A stretch of DNA of 64,000 nt from Spirochaetia bacterium. Lineage in GTDB: Bacteria; Spirochaetota; Spirochaetia; SZUA-6; Bin103. A program made the translations under genes and the position numbers. Below the pieces are notes generated by a model. That model saw nothing but the letters and a program-made list of their open reading frames with translations. It was not told the origin of the DNA and made no database searches. The stretch is from contig CBDBOV010000004.1 of NCBI GenBank assembly GCA_965208575.1, positions 192,001-256,000 of the forward strand. Direction: 5' to 3'. This document shows positions 1 to 9,844 of this stretch, one piece after another (position 1 is the first letter of the stretch; each line of letters begins with the position of its first letter).

Positions 1-227
1 TGCTGTCCGGGGCGGCGGGCGACAACGGCATGTACTTCGGCACGTTCGGGGGCGGCGTTGCGCGCTTCGCGCAGCCGGGCGGCACGTGGTCGATCATCAG
101 CCTCGCGCATGGGCTGCCATCGCTCAACGTGGCGGTGGTGACGGCGGCCCGCGGCACCGTCTACTTCGGGACGCTCGGCGGCGGCGTGGCCGTGCTTTCG
201 GAACGCCGCAGCGTGCATGGCTTGTAG
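1..227 (+). CDS. 3' end of a beta-propeller repeat protein (two-component regulator propeller-like), truncated by the window start
   Basis: Repeated YFGT(F/L)GGGVA blades and a GLPS motif; stop codon at 225-227. Confidence 0.6.
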   Translation, partial: LSGAAGDNGMYFGTFGGGVARFAQPGGTWSIISLAHGLPSLNVAVVTAARGTVYFGTLGGGVAVLSERRSVHGL

Positions 228-276
228 CCGCGCGCATGGCTTGTAGCCGCGTGCACGGCTTGTAACCGCGCATGGC
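211..276 (+). repeat. 19-bp tandem repeat, 3 copies plus a partial copy, at a gene junction
   Basis: gcgtgcatggcttgtagcc / gcgcgcatggcttgtagcc / gcgtgcacggcttgtaacc / gcgcatggc. Confidence 0.85.
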
Positions 277-1594
277 AGAACTCCGGCGGCATTCGGGCAT
301 GCGGGGCAGCAGACTGCTGATGCGCTACGTGGCGCGCGAGTTTGTCCTCTGGTTCGTCGCGGCGTTCCTGTTCTTCTTCTCGATTTTCTTCGTGAACGTG
401 TTGCTGGTCACGGCAACCGACATCATGGCCAAGCAGGTTCCGATCGAGGACGTGGTACGTCTGCTGACCTTTTCGCTCCCACAGATCGTCCATCTGTCGT
501 TCCCGTTTGCCACACTGCTCGCCGCGCTGCTCGCCCTCGGCCGGCTGAGCGGCGACCGTGAGTTGGTCGCGGTACAGGCACTCGGCATTCCATTGTCGCG
601 CGGGCTTGCGCCGATCGTCGGATTCGGCATGCTGTTCGCCGGCATGTCGTTTGTCACCAACGACATGCTGTTGCCGGCGAGCACCATCGAATTCAACCGC
701 GTGTACCGGAGCATCATCTACCGCAACCCGGGCCTGGAGCTGGAGGCCGACAGCGTCAAGCAGTTCGAGGATACCGCGATCGTCACCGGGGAGCTGACCG
801 GCGAGGTGTTGCGCGACGTGACCATCATGGACCGCGACTCTTCCGGGGAATTGCGTGTGATCACCGCGAGCGATCTGCGCCTGGTCGACAGCGGACAGCA
901 GACGGGCGTGATCACCCTGCGGCTCGGCAATGTCCTGACGCACGTAAGCGGCTCTGAACCCGGCGACTTCGAGTATATCAGCGCCGACATCCTGGACTAC
1001 CAGATCGTACTGCCGGAAATCGTCGAAGCGCTGGTAGACATCGGACCCGGAGAACAGAGTTCGCGAGACGTATGGCAGTCGATCACCGAGTTGCGCGGAG
1101 ACTGGCAGCGGGAGCGCAGCCGGATCCGCAGCGGACTGGCATATGCGCTGTGGGTCGATCTGGCCGCGATTGCCGACGGCGGGGAGCTTCCTGCGCAGGA
1201 TCAACGGATGGCGTGGTTGGGGGAGCAGCGCGAGCGCCTGGCGGACGGGCTCGGCAAGTTGATCGACGCGGATGGCGAACATCATGGCCGCGATCTGCGC
1301 AACCACCTGTTCGAGTTTCACAAGAAGCTCGCCGTGCCCTCCGGTTGCTTGGTGTTCACGCTGTTCGCGATTCCCGCCGGCCTGCTGGTGCCGCGCAGCG
1401 GTCGCGCCTACGGCTTGCTGGTCGGGATGGCGGTGCTGGTCATTTACTGGGCGTTGCTGGTGTCTGCCCACAGCGGCGGGCTCCGATTCCGGCTGCCTCC
1501 GGCGGTCGCCGTGTGGACACCCAACCTGTTCGTACTGTCGCTCTCCGTGGCAATGTGGGGCATGAGACGTTGGCGGCGCGGCTTCAACGCCTGA
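272..1594 (+). CDS. lptF: LptF/LptG (YjgP/YjgQ) family permease
   Basis: RYVAREF N-terminus, GRLSGDRELVAVQALGI motif, EFHKKLAVP, 3+3 TM layout; start may be 299 or 319. Confidence 0.85.
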   Translation: MAELRRHSGMRGSRLLMRYVAREFVLWFVAAFLFFFSIFFVNVLLVTATDIMAKQVPIEDVVRLLTFSLPQIVHLSFPFATLLAALLALGRLSGDRELVAVQALGIPLSRGLAPIVGFGMLFAGMSFVTNDMLLPASTIEFNRVYRSIIYRNPGLELEADSVKQFEDTAIVTGELTGEVLRDVTIMDRDSSGELRVITASDLRLVDSGQQTGVITLRLGNVLTHVSGSEPGDFEYISADILDYQIVLPEIVEALVDIGPGEQSSRDVWQSITELRGDWQRERSRIRSGLAYALWVDLAAIADGGELPAQDQRMAWLGEQRERLADGLGKLIDADGEHHGRDLRNHLFEFHKKLAVPSGCLVFTLFAIPAGLLVPRSGRAYGLLVGMAVLVIYWALLVSAHSGGLRFRLPPAVAVWTPNLFVLSLSVAMWGMRRWRRGFNA

Positions 1595-2658
1595 TCCTCG
1601 CATCGCTGCTGCCGGTGTTCGGGATTGCAGTGCTGTTTTTCGTATTGATCATCGAACTCGCGGACGTCTCGCCGCAACTCTACCGCTACGTTGCATCGGG
1701 CGTCGGCCCGGACGTCGTGGCGCGGATCATCCTGCTCTATCTGCCCACCTGCGTGGTGTTTGCGGTTCCGCTTGCGCTGCTGTTCTCGGTCGCCTACACG
1801 CTCGGCTCATACTATGCGCGCAATGAATTGGTCGCCATGTTCGGCGCCGGGGTCAGTCTGCGGCGCCTCATTGCCCCGCTGGTCGGCGCCGGCTGCTTGC
1901 TGAGCGTGGGCTTGTTCCTGTTCAACGACGCGGTGGCGATCGATACGCTGCGCAAAAAGAATCAGTTGCATCGCACCGCATTGGGCATTCAGCTTCGCCT
2001 CGACAACTTCGATGTGACGGTGACGAGCGCCACCGGCCGTATCGTGTATCACGCGACCAGGTACGACGATGAGACCCAGGAGCTGACCGACGTGGTTGTG
2101 GTAGAGCGTGACGCTGACGGCGGCATGGTGCAGCGCATCGACGCGGAACGCGGGCGTTGGGACGGCGACCGATGGCAATTCGAGGATCTGCGCCTGTTTC
2201 GCTGGCAGGACACTCCGCAGGGCCGGGTAATGGTCGAGGAGCAGATGGCCAGCCTGTCACTTGCCGGCGTCGGCGATGGACCGGCGACGTTTCGGCGAGG
2301 AAATCGTGAGGTGTCGGAAATGCGCTACCTTGACGCCATGGATTGGGTCGCGACATTGCGCCGCGCGGGACGCGACTATCGCGCACCCCTGACCGAGGCG
2401 TACGGCAAGATCGGCTTCGCGGTTACCCCGCTGGCGGTCTGCCTCATCGCGGCAACGGTGGGCGGGTTGCTGCGCCGCAACATCATGCTCATGAGCCTGC
2501 TGCTGTCGCTGGGCATTGCCGTGGTGTTCTACGTGCTGCGTCTCGCCGGCGAGATCCTGGCGGAAAACGGCCTGGTTGCGCCGGAGGTCGGCGCATTTGC
2601 CGGCGTGTTGCTGTTTCTCCTTGCCGGTTTGCTGCTGTTGCAGATGGCGCGTACCTGA
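1555..2658 (+). CDS. lptG: LptF/LptG family permease
   Basis: ARNELVAMFGAGVSLRR motif, beta-jellyroll-type RIDAERGRWDG region; paired with lptF; GTG start inferred. Confidence 0.8.
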   Translation: MGHETLAARLQRLILASLLPVFGIAVLFFVLIIELADVSPQLYRYVASGVGPDVVARIILLYLPTCVVFAVPLALLFSVAYTLGSYYARNELVAMFGAGVSLRRLIAPLVGAGCLLSVGLFLFNDAVAIDTLRKKNQLHRTALGIQLRLDNFDVTVTSATGRIVYHATRYDDETQELTDVVVVERDADGGMVQRIDAERGRWDGDRWQFEDLRLFRWQDTPQGRVMVEEQMASLSLAGVGDGPATFRRGNREVSEMRYLDAMDWVATLRRAGRDYRAPLTEAYGKIGFAVTPLAVCLIAATVGGLLRRNIMLMSLLLSLGIAVVFYVLRLAGEILAENGLVAPEVGAFAGVLLFLLAGLLLLQMART

Positions 2659-2668
2659 GCCTGCCATC

Positions 2669-3814
2669 GTGCGGTTTGCAATCGATCGGATCGACCCGCA
2701 CAGCGCCGCCCGCGGCGGGCGTATGGAACTCGCCACCGCGGCGATGCGCACCCCGGTGTTCATGCCCGTGGCGACGAGCGCATCGCTGAAGGGGCTGTGG
2801 CCGGACGACCTCGCGTCGCTTGGCTACCGGATCGTGTTGAGCAATACCTACCACCTGTACGTGCGTCCGGGGATCCCGCGCATTCGCCGGGCGGGTGGCC
2901 TGCGTCGGTTCATGGCATGGGACGGTGCCATTCTGACCGACTCCGGTGGCTTCCAGGTGTTTTCCCTCGCAACCCTGCGCACGGTGGAGGAGGGAGGGGT
3001 GCGGTTCCGCTCGCATCTTGACGGCGCGCCGCTGCTGTTCACGCCCGATGGCGTGGTGGCCAGCCAGCTCGCGCTCGGCAGTGACATTCTGATGCCGCTC
3101 GACGTATGCACCGATGCGGCCGCGGGCCGCGGCGAGGCCGAGCGCGCCGCGGAGCTGACCTACCGGTGGGCGGCGGCAAGCAGGGCGGCGTGGCTTGCCG
3201 CGCGCGAGTCGCCGGACGCGGAGCAACGGACCGGATCGTTGTTCGGCATCGTCCAGGGCCACTTTCACGCCGATCTTCGCCGCCGCTCCGCCGAGCAGCT
3301 CGGCTCATTGGACCTGCCGGGCTACGCGGTCGGCGGCCTGTCCGTCGGGGAGAGCCGCAGCCGGTTCCTGGAGTTTCTCGCCCTGTCCGTGCCGTTGTTG
3401 CCGGCCGACCGTCCACGCTATGTCATGGGCGTGGGGAGCCCCGACTATGCCATCGAGGCGGTGGCTGCGGGCGCCGACATGTTCGATTGCGTATATCCGA
3501 CGCGGGTCGCGCGCAATGCCCGCGCTCTGACCGGAGCCGGGCCGTTGTCGTTGCGCGCCGCCCGCGTCGGCATGAGCGACGAACCGATCGATCCCGCCTG
3601 CCACTGCCGGGTGTGCCGCCGCTTCAGCCGCGGCTACCTGCGCCACTTGTTCAACCAGCGGGAGATCATGGCCGCCGTGTTGACCACGTACCACAATCTG
3701 GCCTTCATGGCTCGATTGATGGAGGAAGCCCGCACCGCCATTGGCAACGGTACGTTCGCGTCGTTCCGGCGCCGCTTTCTGGCCGACTACCTGCAGGGGG
3801 AAGGCCACGGATAG
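2669..3814 (+). CDS. tgt: Queuine tRNA-ribosyltransferase (tRNA-guanine transglycosylase)
   Basis: TPVFMPVAT, NTYHL, DSGGFQVFSL, GIVQG, GGLSVGE, DMFDCV, CHCRVC...HNL Zn site; GTG start inferred. Confidence 0.95.
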   Translation: MRFAIDRIDPHSAARGGRMELATAAMRTPVFMPVATSASLKGLWPDDLASLGYRIVLSNTYHLYVRPGIPRIRRAGGLRRFMAWDGAILTDSGGFQVFSLATLRTVEEGGVRFRSHLDGAPLLFTPDGVVASQLALGSDILMPLDVCTDAAAGRGEAERAAELTYRWAAASRAAWLAARESPDAEQRTGSLFGIVQGHFHADLRRRSAEQLGSLDLPGYAVGGLSVGESRSRFLEFLALSVPLLPADRPRYVMGVGSPDYAIEAVAAGADMFDCVYPTRVARNARALTGAGPLSLRAARVGMSDEPIDPACHCRVCRRFSRGYLRHLFNQREIMAAVLTTYHNLAFMARLMEEARTAIGNGTFASFRRRFLADYLQGEGHG

Positions 3815-5342
3815 CTCGCGCCGCGCGGTTGTTGCGCTCATGGTGTGCACCGCCGCCTCGCGCGTCCTCGGCTTCGTGCGCGTCGCGGTGATCGGCGCCG
3901 TGTTCGGCGCCGCCGGAGTAGCCGACGTGCTCAACGCGGTGTACATGATTCCCAACAACCTGCGCAAGCTGCTCGCCGAGGGGGCGCTGTCCGCGGCGCT
4001 GATTCCGGAGCTGGCGCGGGCACTGGAGCGCGGGCGCAACGCGACGGAGCGCGACGCCCGCGTCCTGATTCGCCGCGTGCTGACCCTGGTGACCGTGACG
4101 GTCCTGGCCGTCGTTGCGCTGGCCGTGCTGTTTGCCCGCCCCGTGGTGGGCGTGGTGCTGAGCTTCCCGGAAGCGTGGAAAATGGCGTTGGCCGTCGAGC
4201 TGTTTCGGCTGGTGTTTCCCTACCTGTTGCTGGTCAGCGTGGGAGCGGTCCTGATGGCAGTCCTCAACTGCCATGACCGGTTCGTGGTTCCGGCTCTCGC
4301 GCCGCTGTTGTTCTCGGTCAACGTAATCGCCGCCATTCTGCTCTTCTATCGCCACTGGGGCTTGCTCGCTGCCGGCGTCGGCATCCTGGCCGGGGGAATC
4401 GGAGGGGTAGTGGGCCAGTTGCCGCTGTTCTTTCGGCGCGGTTACGACCTGCGTCCCGACTGGCGCTGGTCCGATCCGCGGGTGCGCCGCATCGTGCGCC
4501 AGTGGGTGCCGGTGGTGGCATCGGCGTCGATCTTCGCCATCACCCAGCAGGTGGCGCTGATACTCGCCTCCGGGCTGGAAGATGGCAGTACGTCGGCGCT
4601 GGCCAACGCGCTGGTGTTCTGGCAGCTCCCGTTCGGCATCCTGTCGGTGTCGGTCGTAACCGCACACTTTCCCCGCATGAGCCGGCACGCCGCGGCCGGC
4701 GATGTCGCGGCCCTCCGCAACGCCTTTGCCAGCGCCCTCCGGCTGATTGTCGCCCTCATGGTACCGCCCGCCGTGTTTTACCTGTTCTTCGGTGAGCAGG
4801 TCATCCAGGTCGCGCTCGAGCGGATGACGTTCACCGCGAGCGGGACGCGGCTCGCGGGCCGCGTGCTCGCCGGCTATGCGGCAGGGTTGTTGAGCGTGGC
4901 GTTGTTCAATTTCGCGCAACGCTACTTCTACGCCATCTCCGACTACCGCACGCCGTTCCTGGCCGCCCTCGCGGTGGCCGCGATCGATGTTCCACTGGCG
5001 ATCATCCTGAAGGAAACCGGTCTCCGCGTGGCCGGCTTGGCGGTCGCCAACTCGATCGCATTCTCGGCCGGTGCCGTACTGTTGCTGGCGGCCGCCAGAA
5101 AACGCCTGCATCGGTTGGCCGGCGAGCGCGCGGCGAACTATGGCGTCCGCGTGCTCACCGCCAATGTCGTGTTGGCGCTGCTGCTGGCGGGAGTGGCTGC
5201 GGTTACCGCCGCCTGGTGGCAGGCGGGCAGCACGTGGCAGAATGCCGCCTTGATCTCCTCGGTCGGTGTTGTTGCGGTGGCCGCAACCTTGGCGCTCTAC
5301 CGGATCCTGCGGTTGGCATGGTGGCAACCCGGCGGAGCGTGA
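3741..5342 (+). CDS. murJ: Lipid II flippase MurJ (MviN)
   Basis: SRVLGFVR, IPNNLRKLLAEGALSAALIP, multiple TM helices; true start uncertain (ATG at 3840 is an alternative). Confidence 0.92.
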   Translation: MATVRSRRSGAAFWPTTCRGKATDSSRRAVVALMVCTAASRVLGFVRVAVIGAVFGAAGVADVLNAVYMIPNNLRKLLAEGALSAALIPELARALERGRNATERDARVLIRRVLTLVTVTVLAVVALAVLFARPVVGVVLSFPEAWKMALAVELFRLVFPYLLLVSVGAVLMAVLNCHDRFVVPALAPLLFSVNVIAAILLFYRHWGLLAAGVGILAGGIGGVVGQLPLFFRRGYDLRPDWRWSDPRVRRIVRQWVPVVASASIFAITQQVALILASGLEDGSTSALANALVFWQLPFGILSVSVVTAHFPRMSRHAAAGDVAALRNAFASALRLIVALMVPPAVFYLFFGEQVIQVALERMTFTASGTRLAGRVLAGYAAGLLSVALFNFAQRYFYAISDYRTPFLAALAVAAIDVPLAIILKETGLRVAGLAVANSIAFSAGAVLLLAAARKRLHRLAGERAANYGVRVLTANVVLALLLAGVAAVTAAWWQAGSTWQNAALISSVGVVAVAATLALYRILRLAWWQPGGA

Positions 5343-5355
5343 CCCGCCGCCGCCG

Positions 5356-8061
5356 CTAGCCGCCGGCCCCCACCGGATCGAGTTGCGCAATCTTGTCGAT
5401 GCTGTCGATGCGATAGCGAAAGTCCTTGTTGTTGATCGTGAACTGGAGTTCGTCGTTGGCGCGGTGATTCCACAACTCGGCGCCGAGTGGCGACAAGTAG
5501 GAAATGATGTTGCGGTTGGGATCAGACTCCCACGGGCCAAGAATCAGGTATTGCTCGGTCGCGTTGCTCTCCATGTTGGTGAGCTTGACCCGGGTGCCGA
5601 ACGAGATCACTGCGTCATTGGCCTCGGCGAGATCGAAGATCTGCGCGTTCTGCAGGTCTTCCTGCAGTCGAGACACCGAATTCTTCAGTTGTTCCTGTTT
5701 CTCCAGAGCGGCCTTGTACTCGGCGTTCTCGCGCAGGTCGCCCTTCTGCAGTGCGAGTCCAATCTCTTTCGAGTTCTCCGGTATCTCGACTTCAAGTATG
5801 TCGCGCAACTCGCGCTGTCGTCCCTCGTATCCGGCGCGCGTGACAAGCAAGCCGAGACGGACAGTCTCCTTCTCGGCGTCGTCAGCGAAACGGTACGCCG
5901 GAAACCGCTCCTTGATCTGTTGGCGGAGGCGTAGTTTGATCGACGGATCGAGATCCTTGACGTCTTCGACGAGCGTGTAGATTCGCGTTATGGACTCCTC
6001 GCTGGCCGTAGCGATGAAGTCGTCGAGCTGGTGTTCCTTGAACAGATAGTCGGCGATCTGCCGGTTCAGCTTGCGGTTGACTTGCGGGTCTCGCTTGTTG
6101 CCAATGTCGCGGTACGTGAGATCGAGCAGGTGGATCATCCCGATCAACACCTTTTCCTGGCGTACATCGTGCTTGGCGAGCCATCCGGTGTCGTCCTCGT
6201 TACGCACCAGCCATACGAACGGTAGACGATAGTCGCGGTAGTCATCAATGATATCGGAAACCAGCCGAGACACCACGTCGGCGTGCTCCGGCGAGACCAG
6301 CGTGTCGACAATCTGACGGAGCGGATGAAACAGAAAGACACGCGCGTAGACATGCGGCCAAGCGCCGATATCATTGCGCACATGAGTAAGAAAGTCCCTT
6401 GCGAGTCCGGCACTATCGAGCGCCGTAAAGACAAATTCAAGGTCGTCAATGTCGGCGAACTGATCGGGGAATGAGACGCGCACGTTGGGATCGAGATAGG
6501 GATAATCGCGATTCATCCGCTCCACGATCAGCAGGCTGGCGATGCTGTTCTCGATCTGGCCCGACGACGCTTTCAGAAAGCCAGCGAAGTACTGGTACAT
6601 GTCGCCGAGGTATTCGGAGTCGGGCTGGGCGAGGTCGAGAAATTCGTGCAGGGTCTGTACGCGGCTCAGGAAGGTCTTGGCGGAGCGAAACTTGTTGAAC
6701 GTCTTTTCCTCGAAGGAAATCGGTCGATCGCGCACCGAGTAAATGTCCAGCTTGCCCGGCGGACTGCCGAATATCGAGTCGGTCTTCAGGATACGCCGCG
6801 CCGTGGTACTCCACTTGGTCCACTCGCTGGGCGTCAGGATGCGCGGCACAAGCTCGGCCTTGATGCGCTTCATGTCGGCCGCGTTGTCGAAACTCTTGAT
6901 GATGGTACGCAACGCCCACACCGGATCGGCCTTTACCCGGTCCTTGATCTGGTCACGGGGCACGGTCGCGCGAATCACCCAGAAATGGTCGTTGGCCAGG
7001 ATGTGGAGTGCGCTCACGGCCATTTTCAGCGACATTCTATGGCCGCGCTTCTTGAGAAAGTCGATCACGAATTGATCGTCCTTGATTGACTTGATCCGAC
7101 CGAGACCCCAGGCGCGATGAAACACGTAGTGGCCCTCGTCGAAACTGATATGCTTTTCGAAGTCGGCGATCGCTTCGTGCACGTTGCGCCAGGACTGGCT
7201 CAGATTGGAAATCTTGATATAGTCATCGAGATGGCTGTGCCCGGCGTGTCGGTTGGAGTAGACGTCGACAAGTTCGGCGCGCGCACCGTTATTCTTGGGA
7301 TCGTGGTATAGGATACGTTTCAATATCGCCACCGAGGCATCCCAGTTCTCGTCCTCGCGAAAGTGCGGATACAAGACCTCGAGAAGCGAAATTGCCCGAT
7401 CGCCGCCGAGCGCGCGTGCCACTCTTGCCTCGATCTGCATCAAGCCTTCGAGGTCGTCGGGCTGAAGCTCGATGATCTTGCCCCAAACCTGCTTGATGGG
7501 GGAATGCTGGCGGCGATTGATATAGCGATGAAGGGCCTTCTTGTAATACGAGAGAGCACCGTCCAGGTCGCTTTCTTCCTCGCTCTTTTCGGCCAGCGCA
7601 CGTGCCGTATCGGCATCTTCGAAGTCGACCTTTATGAGACGCTCCCAAACCTCGTATTGTTGCTCCTTATCACCTGTCTTGTCGTAGGTATCAGCCAACG
7701 TACGCAGCGCGAACTTGTTTTCGCCGTGCGCCAATATGCCGGTGCACAGGTATTGCACAATGTTCCACTTGGCGCTGTCCACGAACATGTTCGTCAACAC
7801 TACCAGGTTGGAGTCGTCGACGATCCGTCTCCCCAAGGTCAGCGTGCCGGCAAGGTACAACGCGATTATGCTGTCCCGACTGACCTGCAAATGGTCTTCG
7901 CAGATGCCCTGAACTTCATTCTGGACATCCTGCTCCTTGGCCTCGCGCAAGAGTTCGTCGAGTTCGTGGAAGTTGGAGGTGGTGTAGCCGGTCAACGAGG
8001 CTCGCGTCCACTTCTCCTCATTGAGCATCTCTTCGATACGATCGATAAGTGATTCTGTCAT
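5356..8061 (-). CDS. greA: Long-form transcription elongation factor GreA with a large N-terminal helical extension (spirochaete type)
   Basis: C-terminal GDLRENAEYKAA and ILGPWESDP...ISYLSPLG motifs; 901 aa. Confidence 0.93.
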   Translation of the reverse strand: MTESLIDRIEEMLNEEKWTRASLTGYTTSNFHELDELLREAKEQDVQNEVQGICEDHLQVSRDSIIALYLAGTLTLGRRIVDDSNLVVLTNMFVDSAKWNIVQYLCTGILAHGENKFALRTLADTYDKTGDKEQQYEVWERLIKVDFEDADTARALAEKSEEESDLDGALSYYKKALHRYINRRQHSPIKQVWGKIIELQPDDLEGLMQIEARVARALGGDRAISLLEVLYPHFREDENWDASVAILKRILYHDPKNNGARAELVDVYSNRHAGHSHLDDYIKISNLSQSWRNVHEAIADFEKHISFDEGHYVFHRAWGLGRIKSIKDDQFVIDFLKKRGHRMSLKMAVSALHILANDHFWVIRATVPRDQIKDRVKADPVWALRTIIKSFDNAADMKRIKAELVPRILTPSEWTKWSTTARRILKTDSIFGSPPGKLDIYSVRDRPISFEEKTFNKFRSAKTFLSRVQTLHEFLDLAQPDSEYLGDMYQYFAGFLKASSGQIENSIASLLIVERMNRDYPYLDPNVRVSFPDQFADIDDLEFVFTALDSAGLARDFLTHVRNDIGAWPHVYARVFLFHPLRQIVDTLVSPEHADVVSRLVSDIIDDYRDYRLPFVWLVRNEDDTGWLAKHDVRQEKVLIGMIHLLDLTYRDIGNKRDPQVNRKLNRQIADYLFKEHQLDDFIATASEESITRIYTLVEDVKDLDPSIKLRLRQQIKERFPAYRFADDAEKETVRLGLLVTRAGYEGRQRELRDILEVEIPENSKEIGLALQKGDLRENAEYKAALEKQEQLKNSVSRLQEDLQNAQIFDLAEANDAVISFGTRVKLTNMESNATEQYLILGPWESDPNRNIISYLSPLGAELWNHRANDELQFTINNKDFRYRIDSIDKIAQLDPVGAGG

Positions 8062-8336
8062 TCTTCGTTACTCCGCATATTCTCGATTCTCGTCACATTC
8101 GATGCGCCAACCGCGTACCGGAGTCGTCGGCGCCGCTCGCCCCAGAACCGGACACTCTTGAGGGTAGCGGTGATGCCCTCGTACTCTACGTCGAGTTCAA
8201 GGGCGCGTTCCAACACTTTGGCTGCATCCCCGAACGCGCCGATCCTGAGCTTCCCATACGCGCTGTTGACCAGATGCGCGATGTCATTCGTTACGAGGGT
8301 GAGCTGGCGGTCGGGCATTGCGGGAATGGCGTACAA
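8058..8336 (-). CDS. Short TPR-like helical protein, possibly an internally deleted relic of the TPR gene found upstream of spirochaetal greA
   Basis: One TPR-like hairpin (AYGKLRIGAFGDAAKVLERALELD); overlaps the greA start; ATG at 8318 is an alternative start. Confidence 0.5.
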   Translation of the reverse strand: MYAIPAMPDRQLTLVTNDIAHLVNSAYGKLRIGAFGDAAKVLERALELDVEYEGITATLKSVRFWGERRRRLRYAVGASNVTRIENMRSNEE

Positions 8337-8397
8337 CCAGAGTATACCGAACCGCCCGGTACGTCAAACCGGACGCCGGCGGTTCCGTGGACAGCGC

Positions 8398-8426
8398 TTG
8401 TCGCGCTACCGCAACCGGTCTAACTT
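8398..8426 (+). promoter_or_regulatory. Putative sigma70 promoter of rpe
   Basis: TTGTCG-N17-TAACTT, ending 8 nt before the ATG. Confidence 0.4.
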
Positions 8427-8434
8427 GACGCGGC

Positions 8435-9142
8435 ATGGATGAGTTGCCGAAACTGACTCGGTTTCTGCGCCGCGCGTCGCAGTCCGGCGGTCCGGTGGTC
8501 GCGCCGTCGCTGCTGGCGGCGGATGCCGGCGACTTGGCCGAGGGGCTCGCAGTTGCCGAGCGCGCGCGCGCCGAGTGGCTCCACATCGACGTCATGGACG
8601 GGGTGTTCGTGCCGCCGATTTCGTTCGGCGCCGATACCGTGGCGGCGTTGCGCAGGCGCACCGGCCTGCTCGTCGACGTGCATCTGATGACCGTGCACCC
8701 GGAGCGCCACGTGGCGCCATTCGCGGACGCCGGCGCCGACCTGATCACCGTTCACCTCGAGACCGCCGTTCACGCACACCGCACCCTGGGTGCAATACGC
8801 GCAGCCGGCGCGGCGGCCGGGATCGCCATCGTGCCATCGACCCCCGCCGCGCTGCTTTGCGAGCTCTGGGACGTCGTCGACCTGGTGCTCGTCATGACCG
8901 TGAACCCGGGGTATGGCGGCCAGCGGCTCATACCGCGCTGCGTGCGCAAGGTCGCGCAGGTGGCGGCGGCGCGGCAGGAGGCGGGAGCAGGGTTCCTCAT
9001 TCAGGCGGACGGCGGCATCACCGGCGACACGGCGGTGGACGTGTTCCGCTCCGGCGCCGACGTGCTGGTGGTAGGCACCGCCTTCTACCGGGCGCAGGAC
9101 CCGGCCGCCGTGGTACGCGACCTGTCCGCGGCCGTTCGGTGA
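8435..9142 (+). CDS. rpe: Ribulose-phosphate 3-epimerase
   Basis: APSLLAAD, HIDVMDGVFVP, DVHLM, MTVNPGYGGQ, DGGI motifs. Confidence 0.95.
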   Translation: MDELPKLTRFLRRASQSGGPVVAPSLLAADAGDLAEGLAVAERARAEWLHIDVMDGVFVPPISFGADTVAALRRRTGLLVDVHLMTVHPERHVAPFADAGADLITVHLETAVHAHRTLGAIRAAGAAAGIAIVPSTPAALLCELWDVVDLVLVMTVNPGYGGQRLIPRCVRKVAQVAAARQEAGAGFLIQADGGITGDTAVDVFRSGADVLVVGTAFYRAQDPAAVVRDLSAAVR

Positions 9143-9663
9143 TGCGCGCGGTGGTACAGCGCGTGCTGTCTTGCGAGGTGCGCGCGGACGCCGGGAGTGC
9201 GGAAGCAGGCGGAGCGGGCGGCGCCGCCGAGCGGCCCGCGCCGGCCCGATCCGTCCCACCCGCATCCTACCGGGCGCGCATCGGGCGCGGTTTGCTGGTC
9301 TACCTCGCCGTCGCCGCTGAAGACGGCGCCGACGACCTTGCCTACATGGCCAACAAGGTCGCCGGACTGCGGGTGTTCGCGGACAGCGAGGGTCGTATGG
9401 AACGTTCGGTCGCCGACGTCGGCGGCGAGGTGCTCGTCGTGTCGCAGTTCACGTTGTATGGCGACGTACGGCGCGGGCGGCGGCCCTACTTCGGGCGCGC
9501 CGCGGCACCCGATGCGGCCGCGACGCGCTACGAGGCGTTCATTGCCCGCTTGCGGCAGCAAGGATTGCGGGTGGCGAGCGGCCGCTTTCAGGCCCACATG
9601 CAGGTGGATGCGGTCAACGACGGCCCGGTGACCATCCTGCTCGACTCGGAGCGCTGCTTCTGA
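9142..9663 (+). CDS. dtd: D-aminoacyl-tRNA deacylase
   Basis: MRAVVQRV, SQFTL, GRRP, NDGPVT motifs; TGATG overlap with rpe. Confidence 0.93.
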   Translation: MRAVVQRVLSCEVRADAGSAEAGGAGGAAERPAPARSVPPASYRARIGRGLLVYLAVAAEDGADDLAYMANKVAGLRVFADSEGRMERSVADVGGEVLVVSQFTLYGDVRRGRRPYFGRAAAPDAAATRYEAFIARLRQQGLRVASGRFQAHMQVDAVNDGPVTILLDSERCF

Positions 9664-9697
9664 CCGCGCTCGGATGCCGCGGGCGGGCGCCCGTTCA

Positions 9698-9726
9698 TTG
9701 ACCTGTAACTGACTACGGCGTACCAT
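9698..9726 (+). promoter_or_regulatory. Putative sigma70 promoter of recA
   Basis: TTGACC-N17-TACCAT; GGGAGG SD before the recA ATG. Confidence 0.55.
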
Positions 9727-9844
9727 GTTGGGGCACCGTTTGAAGCGTCAGCCCTTTCTGCGCCTATAACACTAGTACCAACATCATGAAGTGGGCGACC
9801 CGACCGGCCGGTGACACGGCCCGAGGGCCGGCCCGGGAGGAAGT

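Noticed and set aside
211-276. CRISPR array
   Set aside because: Units are contiguous with no spacers, and there are no cas genes in the window.
161-5540. Long antisense and alternative-frame ORFs here and throughout the window
   Set aside because: Arg/Ala/Pro-rich shadow ORFs expected at high GC; they overlap well-supported genes.
9664-9844. LexA/SOS box upstream of recA shared with the SRAP gene
   Set aside because: No convincing shared palindrome found by eye.
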